From Azolla caroliniana (lineage: Eukaryota > Plantae > Polypodiophyta), in the NCBI GenBank assembly GCA_043228905.1, contig JBHGNT010000011.1, positions 14,384,001 through 14,448,000 of the forward strand: a stretch of DNA of 64,000 bases. The letters run 5' to 3'. The position numbers and the translations under genes are program-made. The notes under the pieces were generated by a model. It searched no databases and was not told the DNA's origin. It saw only the letters and a list, made by a program, of their open reading frames with translations. Positions 63,601 through 64,000 of the stretch are shown here, in pieces (within the stretch, counting starts at the first letter, position 1; each line of letters begins with the position of its first letter).

Positions 63601-64000
63601 GCTCTGATACCAAATCTTCGAGATGAGGCCGTCGGTGCGGAATAGAAAATAGCATTTTGGGTGATAAAGATCACCAAGTTGACCAATTAAATCAAGATCA
63701 AAGAGATAGGACAGGGTATATGAGTGAGAGAGAGAGAGAGAGAGATCGTCAGAGGCACACAAGAAGTAATTGTATTATTCAAAAGAGATAGTTACAACAA
63801 ATGGAGGCAACAACCTTATGAACTAGGTTACAATGCCAGTTATATACTAGGTGGGTTAGGGCAACTACCCTTACACATATTTACATAAATGTCCTAAACC
63901 TAGTCTATCCAAAGGGACAGTGTGAATACGGTCATTATACACCCGTTTTTTACACTTAAGTGGGACCACTGAGGACTTGAACTAGAGAGGATGGGATGTT
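63601..64000 (-). mobile_element. PBS (tRNA-iMet) and 5' LTR of a minus-strand LTR element running off the window
   Basis: gctctgatacca (reverse complement of TGGTATCAGAGC) at 63601-63612, followed by LTR-like sequence with (GA)n and a TATA-like motif on the minus strand. Confidence 0.7.

Overview
Eukaryotic plant genomic DNA. The TE lineages, intron style and JAZ gene suggest a non-seed vascular plant such as a fern (inference). Bases ~1-44,000 are mostly transposons. A deeply nested LTR-retrotransposon block (4,242-39,105) holds five Copia pieces, three Gypsy elements, solo LTRs and a TIR MITE, and it is flanked by decayed LINEs. Bases ~44,300-57,800 carry three intact multi-exon genes: a BPP-like proline/serine-rich microtubule-associated protein (+), a JAZ/TIFY jasmonate repressor (+), and a convergent PhzF-family isomerase with a plastid-transit-like N-terminal extension (-). 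Bases ~58,000-64,000 hold an L1-like LINE interrupted by a MITE and a solo LTR, then the PBS and LTR of another element. Two observations stand out. (1) The full-length Gypsy element at 7,002-17,698 has no polypurine tract next to its 3' LTR. A sense copy of a tRNA-Arg 3' half ending in CCA sits there instead, 2 nt before the 3' LTR, and it is the reverse complement of the element's own PBS. This suggests double-tRNA or self-encoded tRNA-mimic priming. (2) A tRNA-Trp-primed Gypsy with a 4-bp TSD appears to reach RT-RH-IN by a -1 frameshift after the protease, at a plant-RNA-virus-type G_GAU_UUU_UAG site with a candidate pseudoknot. All calls were made by eye; no database searches were run.
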